DNA of 64,000 bases from a phage. This document shows positions 9,869-21,753 of this stretch, piece by piece. Every line of letters starts with the position of its first letter. Positions within the stretch are counted from its first letter, which is position 1. A program made the translations under genes and the position numbers. A model generated the notes under the pieces. The model saw only the letters and a list, made by a program, of their open reading frames with translations, had not been told where the DNA came from and searched no databases. The stretch lies in the sequence record PZ402300.1. The stretch is one strand, 5' to 3'.

Positions 9869-12139
9869 ATGGAACACCAAGACACTTTTAAGCCTTTACC
9901 AGACCCGGCTCAATCAGAGAAGTTAACGGACTGGAAGAAGGAACCAAGTATCCAATTACTGAAAGGTGATTTGGAATCAGCTAAACCTGCTCACGATGCA
10001 ATCATGGCTCAGATTCGTGAGTGGAATGATTTGATGGAAGTTAAGGGTAAGGCTAAACCCCCAAAGGTTAAAGGACGTTCACAAGTCCAACCTAGACTGG
10101 TTCGCCGTCAGGCAGAGTGGCGTTATGCACCATTGTCTGAACCATTCCTCTCATCCAACAAACTCTTTAAGGTAACTCCCGTTACTTTTGAAGATGAGTT
10201 AGCTGCACGACAGAATGAACTAGTTCTTAACTACCAATTCCGTACCCAGCTTAATAAAGTAAAACTGGTAGATGATTACGTACACAGTGTAGTGGATGAT
10301 GGTACAGGTATTGCTCGTATTGGTTGGGAACGTAAGACTGTTAAGATTAAAACGGAAACTCCAGTATTCCAGCTGTATCCAATTGAGAACCAGGAACAAG
10401 CAGACATTCTTCAGCAGGCTCTTCAGCTTCAGGCAGAGAATCCTCGTGAATATGATGAAACAATGCCCGAAGATATTAAGGAAGCTGTTAACTACTTCAA
10501 TGAAACTGGAGAAGCTACCTATGCAATCCAGACTGGCGTTACTGAAGTAGAGGTAGAGAAGGCACTGGTTAACAGACCTACTGTTGAAATGCTTAACCCA
10601 AATAACGTAGTTATTGACCCAAGCTGTAATGGTGATTTGGACAAGGCTCTGTATGCAGTTATCTCATTTGAGACTTGCAAAGCAGACCTAATGAAGAACA
10701 AAGACCGTTACCACAATCTGGATAAGATTGACTGGGAAAGTTCCAGTCCTATGACTGATCCAGACCATGAAAGTAAAACTCCTGGTGATTTCCAGTTTAA
10801 GGATGCACTTCGTAAAAAAGTCATTGCTTATGAATACTGGGGATTCTATGACATCAATGATGACGGTTCACTTGAACCTATTGTTGCTACCTGGATTGGT
10901 TCTACTCTTATTCGTATGGAGAAGAACCCATTCCCTGACGGTAAGTTACCGTTGGTAGTTGTTCCCTATATGCCACGTAAACGTGAACTCTATGGTGAAG
11001 CTGATGCTGAACTGTTAGGGGATAACCAAGCAATTCTTGGTGCAACTATGCGTGGGATGATTGACCTGTTAGGTCGAAGTGCAAATGGTCAACGTGGTTA
11101 TCCTAAAGGGATGTTAGATACCCTTAACCGTCGTCGATATGACGATGGGCAGGATTATGAATACAACCCAATGCAGGGTAATCCTAGTCAGGCCATTATG
11201 GAGCACAAGTTCCCTGAGTTACCTCAGTCGGCAATAGTAATGACTCAGATGCAAAACCAGGAAGCAGAAGCACTAACAGGTGTTAAAGCATTTTCTGGTG
11301 GTGTAACTGGTGAAGCTTACGGTGATGTTGCTGCTGGTATTCGTGGTGTACTAGATGCAGCATCAAAACGTGAAATGGCAATCCTTCGTCGATTAGCTAA
11401 AGGCATGGCAGACATTGGTACTAAGATTTGTGCAATGAATGCTGTGTTCTTATCTGAGAAAGAAGTGGTACGTATTACTAATGAACAGTATGTAGAAATT
11501 AACCGAGAAGACCTTAAAGGTAATTTCGATATTGAAGTTGATATTAATACTGCTGAAATTGATAACCAGAAATCTCAGGATTTGAGCTTCATGGTTCAAA
11601 CATTAGGTAATACGGTTGATCAGACTATTACGTTATCTATTGTAGCTAAGATTGCAGAACTTAAACGTATGCCAGACCTCGCACATGAATTACGTACATG
11701 GAAACCACAACCAGACCTTATGGAAGAACAGCTTAAGCAGTTGGCAATTCAGAAAGCCCAGCTTGAGAATGAAGAGCTGAAAAGTAAGATTGCACTCAAT
11801 AATGCTAAGGCTAAAGAAGCTATTTCTAGTGGTGACCTTAAAGACCTGGATTATCTGGAACAGGAATCTGGTACTAAACATGCTCGTGATATGGAAAAAC
11901 AAAAAGCACAATCCCAAGGAAACCAGAACCTTCAGATAACTAAGGCGTTGACAACACCTACTAAAGAAGGTGAAACTACCCCCAACATATCTGCTGCTGT
12001 CGGATATAACGCTTTGACTAACGGGAACTCTTTACAGGAACGTGACTTAGCTGCACAGCAAGACCCGACTTATTCACTTAGTTCCCAGTATTATGACCCT
12101 AGCCAAGACCCAGCATCGGCTCTTGGTATGAACTTATAA
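9869..12139 (+). CDS. portal protein
   Basis: 756-aa ORF upstream of scaffold-like and capsid genes; size and position only. Confidence 0.55.
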   Translation: MEHQDTFKPLPDPAQSEKLTDWKKEPSIQLLKGDLESAKPAHDAIMAQIREWNDLMEVKGKAKPPKVKGRSQVQPRLVRRQAEWRYAPLSEPFLSSNKLFKVTPVTFEDELAARQNELVLNYQFRTQLNKVKLVDDYVHSVVDDGTGIARIGWERKTVKIKTETPVFQLYPIENQEQADILQQALQLQAENPREYDETMPEDIKEAVNYFNETGEATYAIQTGVTEVEVEKALVNRPTVEMLNPNNVVIDPSCNGDLDKALYAVISFETCKADLMKNKDRYHNLDKIDWESSSPMTDPDHESKTPGDFQFKDALRKKVIAYEYWGFYDINDDGSLEPIVATWIGSTLIRMEKNPFPDGKLPLVVVPYMPRKRELYGEADAELLGDNQAILGATMRGMIDLLGRSANGQRGYPKGMLDTLNRRRYDDGQDYEYNPMQGNPSQAIMEHKFPELPQSAIVMTQMQNQEAEALTGVKAFSGGVTGEAYGDVAAGIRGVLDAASKREMAILRRLAKGMADIGTKICAMNAVFLSEKEVVRITNEQYVEINREDLKGNFDIEVDINTAEIDNQKSQDLSFMVQTLGNTVDQTITLSIVAKIAELKRMPDLAHELRTWKPQPDLMEEQLKQLAIQKAQLENEELKSKIALNNAKAKEAISSGDLKDLDYLEQESGTKHARDMEKQKAQSQGNQNLQITKALTTPTKEGETTPNISAAVGYNALTNGNSLQERDLAAQQDPTYSLSSQYYDPSQDPASALGMNL

Positions 12140-12152
12140 GGCAGACCTTCAC

Positions 12153-12497
12153 ATGAGTAAAGAATCAACAATCGCAGGACTGGAACATCGACTGGAAGCT
12201 GCTAAAGGTGCAGTTGCACATGCAGAGGATGTACGTAAACTTCTGGAAAACCCACTGTTCCGTAAAGTAATCCTTCGTCAGTTCTGTGTGGAAGATTGTG
12301 CACGTTACGTGCAGGAGTCTGGTGACCCACTGCTTGAACCTAATAACCGTGCAGATGCACTTAACATGGCTCAAGCTGCTGGTCACTTACGTCGTTGGCT
12401 CGACCTCGCCATTCGTATGGGTGAGAATGAAGCTGACGTTATTCTACAGGTAGAAGAAGAACTTGATGCAGTTCGTGCTGAACCTGAAGACGAATAA
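12153..12497 (+). CDS. hypothetical protein (head module)
   Basis: 114-aa ORF between portal and scaffold-like gene. Confidence 0.4.
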   Translation: MSKESTIAGLEHRLEAAKGAVAHAEDVRKLLENPLFRKVILRQFCVEDCARYVQESGDPLLEPNNRADALNMAQAAGHLRRWLDLAIRMGENEADVILQVEEELDAVRAEPEDE

Positions 12498-12516
12498 TTA
12501 ACCGGAGATATTTCCT

Positions 12517-13737
12517 ATGACTACGGAAGCTGCAACCACAGCTTCCGACATTCTCGCAATGTCGGATGATGAGATTCTGAATATGGAAGCCCCAGCTATT
12601 ATTGCTGAGGAAGACACTTCCACTCAGAACAACCCAGAAACCAACGGCGTACAGACTCCTGATGAAGAAGTTGACCCCTCTGCTGTTGAAGACCTACCAA
12701 CCAAAGAAACTTCCCCTGAAACTGAACCAGTTGAAGATGATTCAGCAAATTCTTTAACTTCTGATAAAGTTGATGATAAAGTTGTTGACACAGAAGTTGA
12801 TAGTAACGGCAAGCCGATTACTAAAGCTGAACCTTCTACTACTGAACCAGGCCAGGAACAGAAAGAAGAAGGCAAACAGTCTGAAGGTCTGCCTGCTGAC
12901 TTCAACTATAAGGAAGGTTATGAGAAGTTGATGGCTCCTTTTAAAGCTAACGGCAAGATGATTACTCCCCGTTCTCCGGAGGAGGCCATTAGCCTGATGC
13001 AGATGGGTGCTAACTATACTCGTAAGATGCAAGAACTTCAGCCGTACCGTAAGGTAATGCTGATGCTACAGAACAACGGTTTAATGGATGAGGAAAAACT
13101 TTCTTTCCTGATTGACCTGGATAAGAAGAATCCTGAAGCCATTAAAAAGTTGTTGAAAGACTCTGGTACAGATCCTCTGGATTTTAATCCAGAAGAGGAA
13201 ATTAATTACCAGGGTGGCAAACACCGTGTTACAGACACCGAAGCAGATTTTGCAACCGAAATTGACGACTTAAAGTCTACTCAAGAAGGACAAGCTACAT
13301 TAGGTGTTATTAGCTCGACATGGGATGCTGCCAGTAAAGATGCTCTTTATCATAATCGTGGCTTACTCCAGACTATTCACGAACAGCGTGAGAATGGTAT
13401 TTATGACACCATTGCTAACGAAGTGAATCGTCTCCAGATGTTAGGCCAGATTCCGGTAGGTACTCCATTTATTCAGGCTTATAACCACGTTGGTAACCTC
13501 CTTGCACAGCAGGGTGCATTTAACCAAGTGGCTAAGCCTGAACCGGTACAAGCAGTTAAACCAGCAGTTCAGCCGGTAGTGCGTGTAGCACGACCTAAGC
13601 AGACTCTGGCTAATAACGAGCAAGCTAAAGCAGCTTCCCTTAATCGGGCTGCTACACGTAAAGCTACACCTATTGTAAACCCACTCGCTATGAGTGATGA
13701 AGATTTCGCTAAACTCCCAGTACCGGGTAGTCTTTAA
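12517..13737 (+). CDS. putative scaffolding protein
   Basis: Strongly acidic, low-complexity N-terminal half; directly upstream of major capsid protein gene. Confidence 0.4.
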   Translation: MTTEAATTASDILAMSDDEILNMEAPAIIAEEDTSTQNNPETNGVQTPDEEVDPSAVEDLPTKETSPETEPVEDDSANSLTSDKVDDKVVDTEVDSNGKPITKAEPSTTEPGQEQKEEGKQSEGLPADFNYKEGYEKLMAPFKANGKMITPRSPEEAISLMQMGANYTRKMQELQPYRKVMLMLQNNGLMDEEKLSFLIDLDKKNPEAIKKLLKDSGTDPLDFNPEEEINYQGGKHRVTDTEADFATEIDDLKSTQEGQATLGVISSTWDAASKDALYHNRGLLQTIHEQRENGIYDTIANEVNRLQMLGQIPVGTPFIQAYNHVGNLLAQQGAFNQVAKPEPVQAVKPAVQPVVRVARPKQTLANNEQAKAASLNRAATRKATPIVNPLAMSDEDFAKLPVPGSL

Positions 13738-13753
13738 ACAGGAATGAGATGAT

Positions 13754-14956
13754 ATGTTAAACTATAACGCTCCAATTGACGGTCAGAAATCTAGCATTGA
13801 TGGTGCTGGTTCCGACCAGATGAATACCTATTACTGGCTGAAGAAGGCTATTATTCAGTCCCGTAAAGACCAGTATTTCATGCCTCTGGCTAACACCGTT
13901 AACATGCCGAAGAACTACGGTAAGACTGTTAAGGTGTATGAATACGTTCCTCTGCTCGATGACAAGAACATTAACGACCAGGGTATTGATGCTAATGGTG
14001 CTACCATTGTTAATGGTAACCTGTACGGTTCTTCCAAAGACGTTGGTAACATCACTTCTAAACTGCCCCTGCTGTCAGAAAATGGTGGCCGTGTTAACCG
14101 TGTAGGCTTTACTCGTATTGCTCGTGAAGGCTCTATTCATAAGTTCGGTTTCTTCTACGAATTTACCCAAGAGTCCCTGGACTTTGATTCTGATGACCAA
14201 CTGAAAGAACACCTGTCTCGTGAACTGATGAACGGTGCTGTACAGTTGACTGAGGCAGTTCTCCAGAAAGACCTGCTGGCTGCTGCTGGTACTGTACTGT
14301 ATGCAGGTGCTGCTGTTTCTGATGCTACCATCACTGGTGAAGGTGATACCCCGTCTGTAGTTTCTTATAAGAACCTGATGCGTCTTGACCAGATTCTTAC
14401 TGAGAACCGTACTCCGACCCAGACTACTATCATCACTGGTTCTAAGCTGACAGATACCAAAGTACTTGGTGGTACTCGTGTAATGTACGTTGGTTCTGAA
14501 CTGGTTCCAGAACTGAAAGCGATGAAAGACCTGTTCGGTAACAAAGCATTCATCGAAGTTCAGCACTATGCTGATGCTGGTACTCTGATGAACGGTGAAA
14601 TCGGTTGTATTGATAAGTTCCGTATTATCCAGGTTCCTGAGATGCTTCACTGGGCAGGTGCTGGTAAAAAGGTTGGCACTAACCCAGGCTACCGTTCCTC
14701 TATGGTTAGTGGTGAAGAGCACTACGACGTATTCCCGATGCTGGTAGTTGGTGACGACTCCTTCTCTACCATTGGCTTCCAGACTGATGGTAAGTCTGTT
14801 AAGTTCACCATCATGACTAAGATGCCTGGTAAAGAAACTGCTGACCGTAATGACCCGTATGGTGAAACTGGATTCAGTTCTATCAAGTGGTACTATGGTA
14901 TTCTGGTTAAACGCCCAGAACGTCTGGCTCTGATTAAGACTGTTGCTCCTCTGTAA
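13754..14956 (+). CDS. major capsid protein
   Basis: 400-aa ORF after scaffold-like gene and followed by a strong terminator hairpin. Confidence 0.6.
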   Translation: MLNYNAPIDGQKSSIDGAGSDQMNTYYWLKKAIIQSRKDQYFMPLANTVNMPKNYGKTVKVYEYVPLLDDKNINDQGIDANGATIVNGNLYGSSKDVGNITSKLPLLSENGGRVNRVGFTRIAREGSIHKFGFFYEFTQESLDFDSDDQLKEHLSRELMNGAVQLTEAVLQKDLLAAAGTVLYAGAAVSDATITGEGDTPSVVSYKNLMRLDQILTENRTPTQTTIITGSKLTDTKVLGGTRVMYVGSELVPELKAMKDLFGNKAFIEVQHYADAGTLMNGEIGCIDKFRIIQVPEMLHWAGAGKKVGTNPGYRSSMVSGEEHYDVFPMLVVGDDSFSTIGFQTDGKSVKFTIMTKMPGKETADRNDPYGETGFSSIKWYYGILVKRPERLALIKTVAPL

Positions 14957-14966
14957 TAGTCATAAA

Positions 14967-14990
14967 TAAAACAAGGGGGACGTATGTCCC
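14967..14990 (+). terminator. terminator hairpin after capsid gene
   Basis: ggggga-cgtatg-tccccc hairpin followed by T-rich run. Confidence 0.6.
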
Positions 14991-15023
14991 CCTCTTAATA
15001 AAACTAAATGAACCACAGGAAAT

Positions 15024-15662
15024 ATGAACATGAGCATTAACGATAAACCGACCACTGACGTAGAAGTAAACGTACAGGGCAACGAAGATACCGTTAACGA
15101 TATTGCAATGCCTAGCGAACTTGAAGTTCTTAAGCAACGTGCAACGTTGATGAATATCAAGTTCTCTAACAACATTTCCGTTGAGAAGCTTCGCGAGAAG
15201 ATTGAAGCTGCACAAGTAAAAGATGAACCAGTAGTAGAAGCTGCTGTTAACCCATTGGGTGCTAATCAGGAATCTGGTGTTAAGAAGATGACCCTGGGTC
15301 AGAAGATTCGTGCAGAACAAACTCGACTGATTCGTGTACGTATCCAAAACCTTGACCCTAAAAAGAAAGACCTGCCAGGTGAGATTATCACCGTAGCTAA
15401 CGAATATATGGGTACTGTACGTAAGTTTGTTCCGTTTGGTGAAGTAACCGACAATGGTTATCATATTCCGTACTGTATCTACGAGTTCCTTAAAGAGCGT
15501 AAGTTCATCAACATTACGACTCGTAAAGGTAAGAATGGTTTACCGGATATCCGTGCAACCGAAGCACGTGAGTTCTCCATTGAAGTACTGCCTCCGTTGA
15601 CCGAAGCTGAATTAGCTCAGCTGGCTCAAGCACAGATTGCTGCTGGTAGCCTTAACGATTAA
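15024..15662 (+). CDS. hypothetical virion protein
   Basis: 212-aa ORF with AGGAA RBS. Confidence 0.4.
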   Translation: MNMSINDKPTTDVEVNVQGNEDTVNDIAMPSELEVLKQRATLMNIKFSNNISVEKLREKIEAAQVKDEPVVEAAVNPLGANQESGVKKMTLGQKIRAEQTRLIRVRIQNLDPKKKDLPGEIITVANEYMGTVRKFVPFGEVTDNGYHIPYCIYEFLKERKFINITTRKGKNGLPDIRATEAREFSIEVLPPLTEAELAQLAQAQIAAGSLND

Positions 15663-15682
15663 CGTATAAGCTACAGTTCAAC

Positions 15683-15720
15683 ACGGCTCACTGGGGTAAC
15701 TCCGTGGGCCGTTTCTTTTT
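15683..15720 (+). terminator. rho-independent terminator
   Basis: acggctcac/gtgggccgt imperfect stem followed by TTCTTTTT. Confidence 0.55.
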
Positions 15721-15738
15721 GAACCAAGAGGAATGATT

Positions 15739-16575
15739 ATGTCTTGTTCTGCTGAGGTAGAAGCTAACCGACTCCTAGAAGAGTTAACTAAGGGTGATGA
15801 CTTTACCCTTCCTGATATTGATATGTCTGGTCCTGAATGGGATATCCCTGGTGGGGATACTTCTCCAATCTTTGGTGCCATTACCAAAATAACCAATGAA
15901 TCTCTTACTACCCGTGAAGTAGGAGGTAGTGGTACGTTTGATGCATTAATGGAATCTGCACACAATCACCTTAAAGCTGAGTTTAAGGCTAACCGAATTA
16001 CAGGTGGTGAATATACCAAAGCCTATATTGCTATGATGGAATCATGCATGAGTAATGCTGTTCAGTTCTTACTTGGTCGTGACCAGGCATACTGGGCTGC
16101 TGCATTGGCACAGATTCAAGCAGTTACTGCTCGTGTTACATTGGCTACTTCTAAAGCTCAGTATGTGCTGGCTAAGATTCAAGCACTGTCTTCTAAGAGT
16201 GAATACGCTCTTACTAAGATGAAGATTGCTACTGAGTCCGAGACGTACTGTGCTGCACTGTTTAACGTCGACCAGATGTTACCCCAACAGCTTAAGCTGA
16301 TTACTGAACAGACCGAATCACAACGTGCACAGACACTGGATACTCGTACCGATGGTGCAGTAGTTAAGGGTTCTGTAGGCAAACAGAAAGAACTGTACTC
16401 CCAACAGATTACCTCTTACCAACGTGACGCAGAAGTTAAGGCATCTAAGTTGTTTACTGATGCATGGATTACTCAGAAGACTATTGATGAAGGCTTGAAT
16501 CCACCTAATGGTTTCACTAACGCAAGTATTGATACCATTTTGACCAAGTTGAAGTCTAACAACGGGCTGAACTAA
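15739..16575 (+). CDS. hypothetical virion protein
   Basis: ORF with AGAGGA RBS; start chosen at ATG 15739. Confidence 0.4.
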   Translation: MSCSAEVEANRLLEELTKGDDFTLPDIDMSGPEWDIPGGDTSPIFGAITKITNESLTTREVGGSGTFDALMESAHNHLKAEFKANRITGGEYTKAYIAMMESCMSNAVQFLLGRDQAYWAAALAQIQAVTARVTLATSKAQYVLAKIQALSSKSEYALTKMKIATESETYCAALFNVDQMLPQQLKLITEQTESQRAQTLDTRTDGAVVKGSVGKQKELYSQQITSYQRDAEVKASKLFTDAWITQKTIDEGLNPPNGFTNASIDTILTKLKSNNGLN

Positions 16576-16576
16576 T

Positions 16577-19234
16577 ATGGGCTTATTCAGTGGGAAGACC
16601 AAAGTATACGTAGCATCCTCTGTCTATAACATGGCAGGGGATATACATAAACGTCCTAACTATATGAAGACCGTAGTTATTGGGAACATCATTTCCAATA
16701 CAGGATTCACTATGGCAGATACTATCTCTGATAGTTATCTGAATGGGCCTGGTATACGTATGCGACTGTTCTCCAGCTGGAGTAAGAACCACTATGATTC
16801 AGAAGTTGGTATGGCTGGTTCTTCATTGGGTGTACTAGCTAAGATTGACCCTACTGTAATAGAGGGTCAAATTACACCACCTGCTGGAGAGTCTGTCTAT
16901 GTTCAGGCAGCAGAGATTGGCTTTGCTGACTTTGAACAATGGTGTGACCAGTATCTTTATGAGAATGCCCCAAGTCGAATCATGGAACGATTCGATATAG
17001 ACATTAACGAAGATACCAATGAAATTACTATGACCTCCCTGGATGGAGGTTCTACTATTAAATTCACACCTACTAACTTTGAACCAGGTGCTTTGTATCT
17101 CTATGCTGATTACTCTTTCTATAAGTCTCCTACTACCAATCCACCAGTAGTAGGACCGACTACTGTCTATGATGATGAGGATGATTTACCATCCACTTTG
17201 CTATGGACTACCGTCTCAAGTGATACGACGGCTAATACAACCAATCTTACTAAGACCATACAGACTCATTCTGTTTACTCTGATGGTAGACCAGATGAAG
17301 ATAGTACTGTCACCGAACCAAGTGTGGATAACTGGAATTCCTACGTTAAGGTCTACCGTAGAGGATTCACTGAGAAACCTGATGATGTAACTGTAGTTGT
17401 ATCTGACAGGGTAATGACCCATAAAAAGTTTGGTGAGGTTCAATCCAGTACTACTGTAACTACTAATGTAGTTGATATAGGTGGTGGTGTTACTCGTACT
17501 GATACAATTACTACAACCACAGAGACACTGGTTCGTAAGTATTCATCCCAGACTACTCGTACCGATACTGAGATGACTTCTGTTGGTACACCTAAGATGC
17601 TTATTTATAAACATAACTCTGGTAATGTTGCACTGGATTCACTGTTTGAGACTGAGGCTACTGACAACCGATTCTACCCATTCATTCCAATAAGGAATGA
17701 TAAACGATGGGTAGAGAATGACCCAATCTACCCACACTGTAAGAAAGCTCTTTATAAAGCTACAGGTGGTAAGCTCAATGATGTAGTAACTGAGCTTAAG
17801 AAGAATAAGGATATAGGAGATATCCAATACATTTATGGCACATTCGGTGTATCTCTTAATTCCCCTGAGGATACTGCTAAGGAATACATCTATCGTTTCT
17901 TTCAGATGGCTACTGAAGCATTCCCACCTGACCCAACCTATCCGACTTTGGAAGCAGTGATTGCAGGTTATCAGGCAGCAAACGATGCAGTCGATGCATA
18001 CGTAAAATGGTGGAACAAGCCAGTAGGACAGCTTGCTGGAACACCTCCACCACCACTACCTGATTACCCAGTTATCCCCAAGAGGGAATTTAGAGTACAT
18101 AGTAGTAAACACTACAAGTACGATATGACCATTGGTTGGAACTACGTATCAGAAACCACACATTCTGGTAAAGCATGGTCTGGTGCTAAGCAGGGGCAAC
18201 TTCGATCCAGATATGCTGGAGATATAACTCTTACTCGCAAGAACATGAGGACAGTTCCTGGCTCCGGTTCTGCTAAGAAACTGGAGGTAACATACGCATT
18301 CTATTCAATGCAAGAGTATGAGTTACTTTGGCAGGATGGTAATAATTCCTACCGTAAACTCAGAATACTGGGTCTAAACCACAACAATAGGGTATATAAG
18401 AATAAGTCTGTACACATTGATGTTGCCGGGGCAATGGGTGATGCAGAAGAGAGTGGGTTCATTATTCCACTGCACACTAACATCTACCGATCCATGTCAC
18501 TGGTTCGTAGTACCCAATTATCCACTGCTTGCTCCTACTTAGTGATGAACTCATATAAGAAGGTTAAGAAGAAATGGTATCAGACCGGGGCATTTAAAAT
18601 TGTTGTTGTTGTGGTTGCTGTGGTTATCTCTGTATTTACAGCTGGTGCTGGTGGTGCAGGCATACTTGGGGCATATGGTGCAGTTGGTGCATCTCTGGGT
18701 TTTGTCGGATTAGCTGCTGTGATAGTTGGTGCTGTAGCAAACGCTATTGCTGGAATGATTCTGGTATCTATTATCACTGAAGTATCCGCCTCAATGTTCG
18801 GGGATAAGTTGGGATTTATTATTGCAGCTATTGCTTCAATGGTAGCTATGAATGTTGGTACTGCTATGTCTACAGGTACATCCCTATCTACCCTGGCAAG
18901 TGAAATGATGAATGCACAAAACATCATGCAGCTCACCAGTTCAGTAGGTAATGGTATTAGCCAGTATATTAATGCATCTACGGCTGCTACTATTCAGAAA
19001 GCAGAGAAAGTAATGCAGCAGTACAATACTGATATGATGGCAATCAATAAGCAGTATGAAGAAATGTTTGGTACTGCTGGACAGGGTGTAATTGACCCAA
19101 TGCAATTCGTGTCAATGGAGTCACTGGATTCATTCTTATCACGTACTCTCATGACTGGTTCAGATATAGCTGACCTGTCCCTAGATATGATAGGTAACTA
19201 CTCTGACATGACCCTTAATACTGACCTTGTTTAA
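16577..19234 (+). CDS. large virion protein with long hydrophobic Gly/Ala-rich segment (possible internal/ejection protein)
   Basis: 885 aa; residues ~670-760 are strongly hydrophobic and Gly/Ala/Val-rich. Confidence 0.45.
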   Translation: MGLFSGKTKVYVASSVYNMAGDIHKRPNYMKTVVIGNIISNTGFTMADTISDSYLNGPGIRMRLFSSWSKNHYDSEVGMAGSSLGVLAKIDPTVIEGQITPPAGESVYVQAAEIGFADFEQWCDQYLYENAPSRIMERFDIDINEDTNEITMTSLDGGSTIKFTPTNFEPGALYLYADYSFYKSPTTNPPVVGPTTVYDDEDDLPSTLLWTTVSSDTTANTTNLTKTIQTHSVYSDGRPDEDSTVTEPSVDNWNSYVKVYRRGFTEKPDDVTVVVSDRVMTHKKFGEVQSSTTVTTNVVDIGGGVTRTDTITTTTETLVRKYSSQTTRTDTEMTSVGTPKMLIYKHNSGNVALDSLFETEATDNRFYPFIPIRNDKRWVENDPIYPHCKKALYKATGGKLNDVVTELKKNKDIGDIQYIYGTFGVSLNSPEDTAKEYIYRFFQMATEAFPPDPTYPTLEAVIAGYQAANDAVDAYVKWWNKPVGQLAGTPPPPLPDYPVIPKREFRVHSSKHYKYDMTIGWNYVSETTHSGKAWSGAKQGQLRSRYAGDITLTRKNMRTVPGSGSAKKLEVTYAFYSMQEYELLWQDGNNSYRKLRILGLNHNNRVYKNKSVHIDVAGAMGDAEESGFIIPLHTNIYRSMSLVRSTQLSTACSYLVMNSYKKVKKKWYQTGAFKIVVVVVAVVISVFTAGAGGAGILGAYGAVGASLGFVGLAAVIVGAVANAIAGMILVSIITEVSASMFGDKLGFIIAAIASMVAMNVGTAMSTGTSLSTLASEMMNAQNIMQLTSSVGNGISQYINASTAATIQKAEKVMQQYNTDMMAINKQYEEMFGTAGQGVIDPMQFVSMESLDSFLSRTLMTGSDIADLSLDMIGNYSDMTLNTDLV

Positions 19235-19247
19235 CAGGAGAATCCCC

Positions 19248-19691
19248 ATGGATTTGTCATTCTTAACAGGCAACCAAACCCCACAGCCAGCTGCTATGTC
19301 TTGGATGTCTAATAACAATCAAAACTTTAATACCCCGGCTATGAACTATAATCCCGGTGCAGCTATTGGTATGGGTACGAATTTTGGAGCATCTGCCCCT
19401 AATACTTTCATGTCTGGCTCGGCTAGTCAGTTAGGCATGAACATACCTACCTTCCAATTAGGACTGGGTGCACTTGGTTCATTAGCTAATATCTACAGTG
19501 GTTTCCAGGCTAATAAGTTAGCCAAAGACCAGTTGAACTTTGCTAAGAGTGTTACTAACACTAACCTGAATAATCAGATTAAGTCTTATAACACTGCACT
19601 GGAAGACCGTGCTCGTAGCCGTGCTGTTGCAGAGAACCGTGACCAATCTACTGCTGATGCTTACATTGCAGCTAATAAATTAACCCGTTAA
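19248..19691 (+). CDS. hypothetical virion protein
   Basis: ORF with AGGAGA RBS; track start 19227 is TTG. Confidence 0.4.
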   Translation: MDLSFLTGNQTPQPAAMSWMSNNNQNFNTPAMNYNPGAAIGMGTNFGASAPNTFMSGSASQLGMNIPTFQLGLGALGSLANIYSGFQANKLAKDQLNFAKSVTNTNLNNQIKSYNTALEDRARSRAVAENRDQSTADAYIAANKLTR

Positions 19692-19703
19692 TAGGAAACC
19701 ATC

Positions 19704-21650
19704 ATGGCTCAAATTACATGGCGTAATGTTGATGCACCCAACTTCTCTGGAGTTGGTGACAGCATTCGCACATTTGGCAATATGATTGGTAACGCCACCT
19801 CCGGCTTAAGTGATGCACTGGGTAATTTCCAGAACGCTGCCAAGCAGGAGGCTGGCAATGCCGTCATGATGAATGCTATGCAGTATCAAGACCCTACTGA
19901 GTATCGTAATGCTCTGGCATCCGGTGCATTATTTCAGGGGGTTGATCCTTCATTGGTAAGCCAGCGTACTCTACAGAATCTGGATGAGCGAGCAGGTACT
20001 CTTCTGACTCAACAAGGTCAACAGGGAATCAATGACTACAATGCTTATCGTTTTGGTCGTTTACAGAATACTGACTCTGCATTAGATAATGCATCTCCAG
20101 CTATTCGTTTACTGTCTGAGGCTTATCAGTCTGGTGACCAGAACCGTATTAATGCTGCATTGAGTCAGACTCGTGAGGCACTGTCTGCACTTCCTGCTGA
20201 CCAACAACTGGATATGTTGAGTCGTCTGCAAGGTCAGGGTGGTCAGGCCATTAACCAAGCACAGAACCGTTTTGATTTGGGTGTGGCTCAGCGTAATGAT
20301 GCTGATTCACAAGCTGCATCCGGTATATTGACAGATATTTTCCGCAGTGCTTCTACGCCTATGGATGCTCTTACACTGGCAGAATCTGCCATGAAGAATG
20401 CTTCTCCTGGTGTACGTGCTGCAATTATGCGAGGTGTGAACCAGAGATTCCCAGGTACTTATGCCACGTCTGCTTCTGGCTCTGCTCCTGGTACTGCCGG
20501 TACTCGTTCTGGTTCTCCTTATGATGTAACCTACACTTTTGCTGCTACTGATAAGCCCATTACCGAGATGACTCTCGGTGAGGTTACTAATCATCAACAA
20601 ACTATGATTAATAACCCATCGCAAGGTCATTCTCCTGTAGGTGCATTCCAGATTAATAAAGCCACTCTGGAAGACTATGCTCCTAAGGTGCTTGGTTCAG
20701 ATTGGCGTAATCAGCAAATGACTCCTGAAGTACAGGACAAAATAGCTGAAGCAATCTTCAATGACCGTAAGAGTGGTAACCTTTCTAAGACTTGGGCTGC
20801 ATTGCCTGACCTGGGTGTAGGTGGTTATAAGGATATGCCTTGGAGTGAAGCACGTCAGTTAATTGCACAGGCAGAAGTAGGTGCATCCCTTGAACAGTTA
20901 CAGACCCAGCAAGTAGTCTCAAACATGGCAGGCAATACAGTTGCTGCTCGTCAGTCTGAAGATAATACTGGAACCATTACTGCTAACTATGCTCGTGCAT
21001 TACGTGATAACTCTACCATTGGTGAAGTAGCAGACCGTCTTCTTAAGGATGCTTTTAAAGGTTCTGAGAAAGGATGGATGATTGCTCGATTGAATGATGT
21101 TATGCAGGAATCTGGGCAGTCTCCTGCTGTAGCTGCTGAGATTCTTAAGCAGTCTACTACTAACGTACCGGAAAGAATGATTAGTCGGGCACTTGATGCA
21201 CTTAACCCGTTCATCTCCAATGAAGGTGGTAATGGTATTCGTATTGATGATACCGTTGCCAGAGAACTAGCACGTTCAGTACGACGTGGGGAAGGTATTG
21301 AAGCTACTGCTCGTGATAATGTTCTTACTCAGGTACAGGGTAATATTGCTAATGCCCAGAACCAGGTAAACCAAGCAGAAGCTTTGCTTGCTGATACCCG
21401 TCGTCGTGTAGCTGCTGGACAAAGTGGACTTGCTGCTACTATCCCTGCTCGTGAAGCTGAGTTAGCAAGAGCACGTGCTGCACTGGATGCTGCTGTTAAT
21501 ACTGTGGTAGCTAACCAGGGAAATCTGGTTCCACAGAACTTCCGTTCTAATGCTTCAGTAGAACGTGAGCGTAGTCGTGAAGATGAAGAACGAGCTAAAC
21601 GTTATCGAAAATTGGCAGAGGGTTTACCTCCCTATATGCAACCTCGATAA
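19704..21650 (+). CDS. hypothetical virion protein, 648 aa
   Basis: ORF with AGGAA RBS; precedes virion RNA polymerase gene. Confidence 0.4.
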   Translation: MAQITWRNVDAPNFSGVGDSIRTFGNMIGNATSGLSDALGNFQNAAKQEAGNAVMMNAMQYQDPTEYRNALASGALFQGVDPSLVSQRTLQNLDERAGTLLTQQGQQGINDYNAYRFGRLQNTDSALDNASPAIRLLSEAYQSGDQNRINAALSQTREALSALPADQQLDMLSRLQGQGGQAINQAQNRFDLGVAQRNDADSQAASGILTDIFRSASTPMDALTLAESAMKNASPGVRAAIMRGVNQRFPGTYATSASGSAPGTAGTRSGSPYDVTYTFAATDKPITEMTLGEVTNHQQTMINNPSQGHSPVGAFQINKATLEDYAPKVLGSDWRNQQMTPEVQDKIAEAIFNDRKSGNLSKTWAALPDLGVGGYKDMPWSEARQLIAQAEVGASLEQLQTQQVVSNMAGNTVAARQSEDNTGTITANYARALRDNSTIGEVADRLLKDAFKGSEKGWMIARLNDVMQESGQSPAVAAEILKQSTTNVPERMISRALDALNPFISNEGGNGIRIDDTVARELARSVRRGEGIEATARDNVLTQVQGNIANAQNQVNQAEALLADTRRRVAAGQSGLAATIPAREAELARARAALDAAVNTVVANQGNLVPQNFRSNASVERERSREDEERAKRYRKLAEGLPPYMQPR

Positions 21651-21666
21651 AATCTTACATACTAAT

Positions 21667-21692
21667 AAAGCCCCATCCGGGGCTTTTCTCTT
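21667..21692 (+). terminator. rho-independent terminator
   Basis: agcccc-atcc-ggggct hairpin followed by TTTTCTCTT. Confidence 0.75.
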
Positions 21693-21753
21693 ACATTCAC
21701 TTACTGTACAGTGAATCTTCTTATACGATATAAGTTTGAACAGGAATCATGCT

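Noticed and set aside
12624-13032. Minus-strand ORFs 12624-12905 and 12754-13032 inside the scaffold-like gene
   Set aside because: Antisense to a well-supported plus-strand gene in a co-directional operon; low-complexity reading of GC-rich codons.
14075-14722. 215-aa minus-strand ORF antisense to the major capsid gene
   Set aside because: Entirely within a strongly supported plus-strand gene; no RBS or terminator on the minus strand.
21736-21753. TTG start for the giant polymerase ORF
   Set aside because: An ATG at 21754 has a well-spaced AGGAA Shine-Dalgarno; the TTG extension has none.
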